This document shows, piece after piece, positions 26,810-32,000 of a stretch of 32,000 nucleotides of DNA. Below the pieces are notes generated by a model, which searched no databases, was not told the origin of the DNA, and saw only the letters and a program-made list of their open reading frames with translations. How positions within the stretch are numbered: the first letter of the stretch is position 1; the number at the start of each line of letters is the position of its first letter. Origin of the DNA: Candidatus Methanoperedens sp. (GTDB taxonomy: Archaea > Halobacteriota > Methanosarcinia > Methanosarcinales > Methanoperedenaceae); assembly GCA_027460535.1 (NCBI GenBank), contig JAPZAR010000030.1, forward strand, positions 8,582 to 40,581, written 5' to 3'. Position numbers and translations under genes: made by a program.

Positions 26810-27295
26810 CTAAATCTTTGCCAGCAGCACCGTATAATTCTTTCCGTAATATTCAGCGCACTTAGGGCAAGCGGTATAGAAGAAGTACAATTTCTTGAGC
26901 CCTTTGCCTTTTGAAACCGCATACGCAATCATTTCTTTTGCCCATTTCCCGGCATTCTTGTAGGGTCCTTCAAACACTTTCGAAAGAAAAGTCCCCGATA
27001 TCCTCTGCATCTTCGCCCCGGGCACTTCCCTGCTCACTGCGATATAAACATCGGCTCCCCAGAGCGAATTTTCATCGGAGAGCGTGATGGGTTGCGGAGC
27101 AAGAGCGCCTGCAGTTTTTATCCGTTCCATATTATTCACCATCACCTTCTCGAAATTGAGAGGGATGTGTAAGAAGCTCGTCACATGGTCCTTGAGGAAT
27201 AACTTATCCTGCCAGATGATCTCTTTTTCATCCCATGGCTCTGGATCGAATCGTGGGCAACAACCCGTTTCTGATTGCTCGTAAAGCTTTTCCAT
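26810..27295 (-). CDS. Conserved hypothetical Cys-containing protein
   Basis: 161-aa ORF with normal composition. N-terminal GCCPRFDPEPWDEKEI and C-terminal CPKCAEYYG motifs. I believe homologues exist in methanogens, but I cannot name a family. Confidence 0.6.
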   Translation of the reverse strand: MEKLYEQSETGCCPRFDPEPWDEKEIIWQDKLFLKDHVTSFLHIPLNFEKVMVNNMERIKTAGALAPQPITLSDENSLWGADVYIAVSREVPGAKMQRISGTFLSKVFEGPYKNAGKWAKEMIAYAVSKGKGLKKLYFFYTACPKCAEYYGKNYTVLLAKI

Positions 27296-27403
27296 ACATT
27301 TTAGCCCCCTTTATTGCATTTTGTCACTCCGAATATATTACATTTTTCAAAAAATCCAGCCATTGGAAATTCTTTTTAAGCATACATGCCTTTAGCATCA
27401 CAA

Positions 27404-29605
27404 ATGAAAATCCAGGACCTCAAACTTCCCGCCAATATTATCCGGTTCTATCACGATTCAGGCATAACAGAGCTTTACCCGCCGCAGGCAGAAGCCATCA
27501 AGGCCGGACTTCTTGAAAGCAAAAATCTCGTGGCTGCGATACCTACAGCCTCAGGAAAAACCCTGCTGGCGGAATTCGCGATGCTTAAATCAATACTGGA
27601 TGAAAAAAAGGAAGGAAAAGCATTATACATCGTTCCCCTGCGGGCGCTTGCCAGTGAGAAGTTCGATCGGTTCAGAAGCTTTGAAAGCATAAAAAAAAGT
27701 GATGGCAAGGGAGTATCATGCGGTATCGCGACCGGCGATTTTGATTCAACTGACGAGTGGCTGGGGAATTTTAACATCATAGTTGCAACCTCTGAAAAAG
27801 TGGATTCGCTCCTTCGCAACAGGAGCCGCTGGATGGAAGAGATAACTATCGTGATCGCGGATGAGGTCCATCTAATTGATTCTCCCGACCGCGGCCCGAC
27901 ACTTGAGATCGTTCTTGCAAAATTGATGCGCATCAATCCCGAAATGAACATCATTGCACTGTCAGCCACTATCGGGAATGCAAATGAGATCGCCAAATGG
28001 CTGAATGCCGAACTGGTGGTAAGCGACTGGCGCCCTATCGAATTAAAGGAAGGCGTCTTTTTCGGGAGGGCGATAAATTTCATCAACGGCCAGCGGGAGA
28101 TCAAGGAAACGCAAAGGGACAGCACCATTTCCCTCGTGGTGGATACACTCACCGAAGGCGGGCAGATACTTGTTTTTGAGAGCAGCCGGAAGAACGCCGA
28201 GGGTCTGGCTTCCCGCATCGGGACAGCGATATCCCCGCTTATTCCGAGTGAAACAAAAGAGAAACTCAAACTGCTGGCCGCAGACATACGCGAATCAAGC
28301 GAAGTGGACACCGCAAAAAAACTTGCCCTCTGCATCGAGAATGGAAGCGCATTTCATCATGCAGGTCTTATCTCGGAGCAGCGCAAAATAATTGAGACAG
28401 GCTTCCGAGCCGGAACGATAAAAGCACTTTCGGCTACGCCAACGCTTGCTGCGGGTCTTAATCTCCCCGCGAGGAGGGTCGTGATCAAAGGATACCGCAG
28501 ATACGACGCCAACTTCGGACTGACGCCCATACCCGTGCTTGAGTACAAGCAGATGGCGGGGAGGGCAGGACGTCCGCACCTTGACCCGTATGGCGAATCA
28601 GTGCTCGTGGCAAAATCATACGATGAAATGGAGGGACTCATGCAGGAGTACGTCCTTGCGAAGGTCGAAAAGATCTGGTCAAAGCTAGGGAGCGAGAACG
28701 CCCTGCGAACACACATCCTCTCCACCATTGCGACAGGTTTCGCGAGAAGCATGGAAGAACTCCTTGAGTTCATGGGCGCCACGTTCTATTCCTGCCAGCA
28801 GGAGCCCTGGAGCCTGAAGGTTGTTATTGATAAGGTGATCGGTTTTCTGGTCGATAAGAAAATGGTCGTTGAGAAAGATGGGCTTTTCCCGACGCGCCTC
28901 GGGGAACTGGTCTCCCGTTTGTATATCGATCCCCTCTCAGCTTCGATGATAATTGAGGGAATGGAGAAGATAGAAGAAAAGAGGATATTTTTTACTGAAT
29001 TGACCTTGCTCCATCTTGTCTGCAGTACCCCGGATATGCGCAAACTCTACCTTCGCTCCAATGACTATGACCCTCTGAGCGACATTGTGATGGAGCACCA
29101 TACCGAATTCGTGCAGATCCCCGCGCAGTTCAAGGTGGATTATGAATGGTTCCTGTCCGAGGTCAAGACGGCATGCGTTATGATTGATTGGATTACCGAG
29201 AAAAAGGAAGAAGAGATCGTCAAGAAATACGGCATCGGCGAAGGGGACATCAGGGCGCTGGCCGAAACCACACAGTGGCTCGTGCATTCGATGGCAGAGC
29301 TTGGTTCATTCCAGAAAAGGTCTTGCGCGCAAAAAGCAAGGGAACTTGTGGAGCGCGTGGAATACGGTGCAAGCCCCGAGCTGCTTGATCTTATCCAGAT
29401 AAGGGGCATCGGCAGGGTGCGTGCCAGGAGGCTGTACGATGCAGGGTTCAGGGACATGGAAGCGCTCAGGGTGGCAGAGCCGAAAATTATCGCAAAAATA
29501 ATCGGTACGAAAACAGCCCAGAAAATCTTAAGACAAATAGGAACACGTGCATCAATGGAACAGGAACCTGCAGAAAAAGAACAGAGCAAACTCGGAGATT
29601 TTTAG
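27404..29605 (+). CDS. hel308: Hel308 (Ski2-like) DNA repair helicase
   Basis: MKIQDLKLP...ELYPPQAEAI (Q motif), motif I PTASGKT, motif II DEVH, SAT, HHAGL, motif VI QMAGRAGRP, and a C-terminal HhH-like IRGIGRVRARRLYDAGF. The ORF is open from 27386. ATG at 27404 fits the usual Hel308 N-terminus. Confidence 0.92.
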   Translation: MKIQDLKLPANIIRFYHDSGITELYPPQAEAIKAGLLESKNLVAAIPTASGKTLLAEFAMLKSILDEKKEGKALYIVPLRALASEKFDRFRSFESIKKSDGKGVSCGIATGDFDSTDEWLGNFNIIVATSEKVDSLLRNRSRWMEEITIVIADEVHLIDSPDRGPTLEIVLAKLMRINPEMNIIALSATIGNANEIAKWLNAELVVSDWRPIELKEGVFFGRAINFINGQREIKETQRDSTISLVVDTLTEGGQILVFESSRKNAEGLASRIGTAISPLIPSETKEKLKLLAADIRESSEVDTAKKLALCIENGSAFHHAGLISEQRKIIETGFRAGTIKALSATPTLAAGLNLPARRVVIKGYRRYDANFGLTPIPVLEYKQMAGRAGRPHLDPYGESVLVAKSYDEMEGLMQEYVLAKVEKIWSKLGSENALRTHILSTIATGFARSMEELLEFMGATFYSCQQEPWSLKVVIDKVIGFLVDKKMVVEKDGLFPTRLGELVSRLYIDPLSASMIIEGMEKIEEKRIFFTELTLLHLVCSTPDMRKLYLRSNDYDPLSDIVMEHHTEFVQIPAQFKVDYEWFLSEVKTACVMIDWITEKKEEEIVKKYGIGEGDIRALAETTQWLVHSMAELGSFQKRSCAQKARELVERVEYGASPELLDLIQIRGIGRVRARRLYDAGFRDMEALRVAEPKIIAKIIGTKTAQKILRQIGTRASMEQEPAEKEQSKLGDF

Positions 29606-29623
29606 GTAAACTTTAATACTCAT

Positions 29624-30598
29624 TTGATTGTTAATGAGTTGAGGAAGATATTGAGTTTTGCAGGAAATCTAATATACGGAAGTTATGAAACGCTGCTTGC
29701 CAATGAAATAAAAGAAAAACCAGTCCCCTCGCATGTTGCGATAATCATGGACGGCAACAGGCGCTTTGCAAAAAAACATGGGATGGCGTACTATTACGGT
29801 CATTTCAAAGGTGCGGATACCACCGAGAACGTGCTTGACTGGAGTTTTGACCTGGGGATCAGCCAGCTCACGGTTTATGCTTTTTCCACGGAAAATTTTT
29901 TAAGACCGGTTGAAGAACAGAAGCGGCTTTTTGATCTTATAGGTATAAAGTTCGATAAGATATGCATGGATGCAAGGACTCATAAACGCCGTATGAGGGT
30001 CAGGATACTGGGGAACACCGACCTTCTTCCGGACTCGCTGAAATCGTCTGCAAGACATGCTGAGGAAATAACAAAGAATTACGATGGGGTTTACCTGAAT
30101 GTTGCCCTTGCTTATGGGGGAAGACAGGAGCTTGTGGATGCAGCCAGGGCCATGGCGGCGAAGGTCAAAAAAGGGATGCTGTCCCTGGAAGACATTGATG
30201 AAGATGCCATTACCGAGAACCTGTCACTCTCAGGTGGAGCCTTACCTTGTGTCGATCTTATTGTCAGAACAGGGGGGGATGAGAGGATCTCCAATTTTCT
30301 TCCCTGGCAGGCGAACGGGAATGAGTGCGCCGCTTATTTCTGCGCCCCCTACTGGCCTGAGTTCAGAAAGATCGATTTTCTCAGGGCCATCCGCACATAC
30401 CAGACGCGCGAGAGCGAGAGGCAAAAAAACACTGTCATGCGGATCGTGAGATTGCTGAGTTATTATGGCAGGGTGGAAGTGGAGGATGTTATCAGTATTT
30501 CAAGAAAGTCCATTGCCATCCCCAAACATGAGATCATCAAGATACTTCGCGACCTGGCATACAAGAATGTCGTAATAAGCAGAATGATAAAATGGTAG
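29624..30598 (+). CDS. uppS: cis-Prenyltransferase (undecaprenyl-diphosphate synthase family) with a ~59-aa C-terminal extension
   Basis: HVAIIMDGNRRFAKK, TVYAFSTENF, the RTGG.ERISNFLPWQ motifs, and the YWPEF end of the catalytic core near residue 265. TTG start, since no in-frame ATG precedes the catalytic motif. Confidence 0.88.
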   Translation: MIVNELRKILSFAGNLIYGSYETLLANEIKEKPVPSHVAIIMDGNRRFAKKHGMAYYYGHFKGADTTENVLDWSFDLGISQLTVYAFSTENFLRPVEEQKRLFDLIGIKFDKICMDARTHKRRMRVRILGNTDLLPDSLKSSARHAEEITKNYDGVYLNVALAYGGRQELVDAARAMAAKVKKGMLSLEDIDEDAITENLSLSGGALPCVDLIVRTGGDERISNFLPWQANGNECAAYFCAPYWPEFRKIDFLRAIRTYQTRESERQKNTVMRIVRLLSYYGRVEVEDVISISRKSIAIPKHEIIKILRDLAYKNVVISRMIKW

Positions 30599-30606
30599 CC
30601 TTTTAG

Positions 30607-31029
30607 TTATATTTCTTCGCCGGGCATGATCGTTGTCAATTTGACATGCTTCACACCTTTCAGTGTCATTATCCTCTCGGTGACGCTTTTAACGTCCCTG
30701 CCTTCTCCCCGTACCAGCAATACTTCCATGCACATATCGTGATTTATGTGAACATGAAGGGAAGAGCGTATTATTTCAGAGAACTCATGTTCGATATCAA
30801 GCAGTGCGTTGACAAGCCCTCTCTGGTTATGATCATAAACAAGTGAGATCGTTCCCAACCTTTCCCCTTCAACCTCGCTCATCCATGCATAGTAGCGTAT
30901 ATAGCTCCTTATTGCATCGCGTATGCCTTCAGAGCGTGAAGAATAACCTCTTTTGGCGATTATCTCATCAAATTTTTCAAGCAAGTTCTCGGGAAGAGAA
31001 ACGCCTATTCGGGCCAGATCCTGTTCCAT
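30607..31029 (-). CDS. nikR: Nickel-responsive regulator NikR
   Basis: 140-aa ORF. N-terminal RHH (RIGVSLPENLLEKFDEIIAKRGYSSRSEGIRDAIR) plus a C-terminal metal-binding domain with HxxxxxxxxxxxH..H.H..C-type residues (EHEFSEIIRSSLHVHINHDMCMEV). AGGAG Shine-Dalgarno upstream. Confidence 0.9.
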   Translation of the reverse strand: MEQDLARIGVSLPENLLEKFDEIIAKRGYSSRSEGIRDAIRSYIRYYAWMSEVEGERLGTISLVYDHNQRGLVNALLDIEHEFSEIIRSSLHVHINHDMCMEVLLVRGEGRDVKSVTERIMTLKGVKHVKLTTIMPGEEI

Positions 31030-31421
31030 TAATTCAATCTCCTGACAGTCAAATATAATTTAAGACTTGATAAATCTTTTCATGTGCCATCAATTATTGT
31101 ATGATGCATGGATACTTTTTGTTTTATCCTTAGCTGACACAGATACGACTCTAAAAAAAATACTGATACGATCCCGGCGAAGATTCGCATTTTTTTGTCA
31201 GTCTTCATTATCCCCGGTTCATTTTTTTTCTGCAAAGAGGTGCACTCTATATTAATGGCGATCAGGAAAGGGCTGCAAAAAGAGTTTTCGAAATAAAAAT
31301 AAGACTTTCTGAAAAACCTGTCTCTGTAACTCCAATTGAGCGAAAGCTTTTACCCAGATAACATATAACATTAATGTGTGAGTGGAAGGATCATCCATTC
31401 AAGAAGATAAGGGAGGAAAAT

Positions 31422-31931
31422 ATGCCAAAGGTAGTAGTTGTATATCTCAGTACATCAGGCAACACCAAAGCGATGGCAGATGCCATCGTAGAAGGTGCAA
31501 AATCAAGAAATATTGACGCTAAAGCCATGAATTTCCATGAAGCAAGAATAGAGGACATAAAAGCTGCGGATGCCATTGCGATTGGCTCTTCGACTTTCTA
31601 TTACAAGATGCTGCCTCCTATGGAAAAATTTATTGAGAGCCTTGAAAAAGCAAATGTAGCAAATAAAGTAGGGTCAGCTTTCGGCTCTTACGGATGGAGT
31701 GGTGAAGCACCTATAATGATCGCAGAAAAAATGCGTAAGCTTGGCATGGAAATAATAGATCCCGTATTGCGAATCCAGTATCAACCTACAGACAAAGATC
31801 TTGAAGAATGTAAAAGGCTTGGAAAAGATATCGCTAATAAAGTGAAAAAGAAATATACCAAGTCAGAAAGCGGTTCAAAGCTTGAAGATGCAACCATGAA
31901 GGAAGTCAAAATGGGTGAGGGAGGTCACTGA
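31422..31931 (+). CDS. Flavodoxin-like FMN protein
   Basis: MPKVVVVYLSTSGNTKAMAD carries the FMN phosphate loop (S/T-x-S/T-G-N-T), and ...GSAFGSYGWSGEA is also present. GGGAGG Shine-Dalgarno precedes the ATG at 31422. The track start at 31374 is probably too early. Confidence 0.85.
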   Translation: MPKVVVVYLSTSGNTKAMADAIVEGAKSRNIDAKAMNFHEARIEDIKAADAIAIGSSTFYYKMLPPMEKFIESLEKANVANKVGSAFGSYGWSGEAPIMIAEKMRKLGMEIIDPVLRIQYQPTDKDLEECKRLGKDIANKVKKKYTKSESGSKLEDATMKEVKMGEGGH

Positions 31932-32000
31932 GAGAGAGACGGTTGCGTGAGGATTTCTATCTTTCATCTGTTGTTTTGGCAATTGCTAAAAGAAGGAAAA

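Noticed and set aside
31099-31115. Imperfect palindrome GTATGATGCATGGATAC 70-86 nt upstream of nikR. It contains the GTATGA half-site known from the E. coli NikR operator.
   Set aside because: The second half-site TCATAC at N16 spacing is absent, and archaeal NikR operators need not match E. coli. A single 6-mer is not evidence, so it is kept only as a note.

Overview
This looks like an archaeal chromosome window, probably Methanosarcinales or ANME-like. That guess is an inference from Hel308, NikR, PspA/PspAA, TATA-box/leaderless gene starts and a Haloferax-like CRISPR repeat.

Left flank (1-7141): a partial secreted protein, a CopA copper ATPase with three metal-binding domains, a small membrane protein, a SAM methyltransferase, a cation/H+ antiporter and a LUD-domain Fe-S protein.

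Centre (7144-21709): a complete type I-B CRISPR-Cas locus in the order cas6, cas8b-cas7-cas5-cas3, cas4-cas1-cas2. It ends in a leader and an array of 43 identical 30-nt repeats (42 spacers). The locus is unusually mosaic:
- It is bounded by tRNA-Gly(UCC) and a 22-nt direct repeat of that tRNA's 3' end.
- It is broken into modules by a GC-rich, hairpin-containing repeat family.
- Its interference cassette is far more AT-rich than its surroundings.
- It carries extra genes: a 63-aa ORF before cas6, a zinc-ribbon ORF as first cistron of the interference operon, a VapBC pair, and a wHTH-nucleotidyltransferase heading the adaptation operon.

Right flank (21854-31931): pspA-pspAA, a HerA-like ATPase coupled to thiC, an RHH protein, an untracked 44-aa zinc-ribbon ORF, a Cys-rich hypothetical, hel308, uppS with a C-terminal extension, nikR and a flavodoxin.

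All family calls rest on motifs read by eye. No searches were run.
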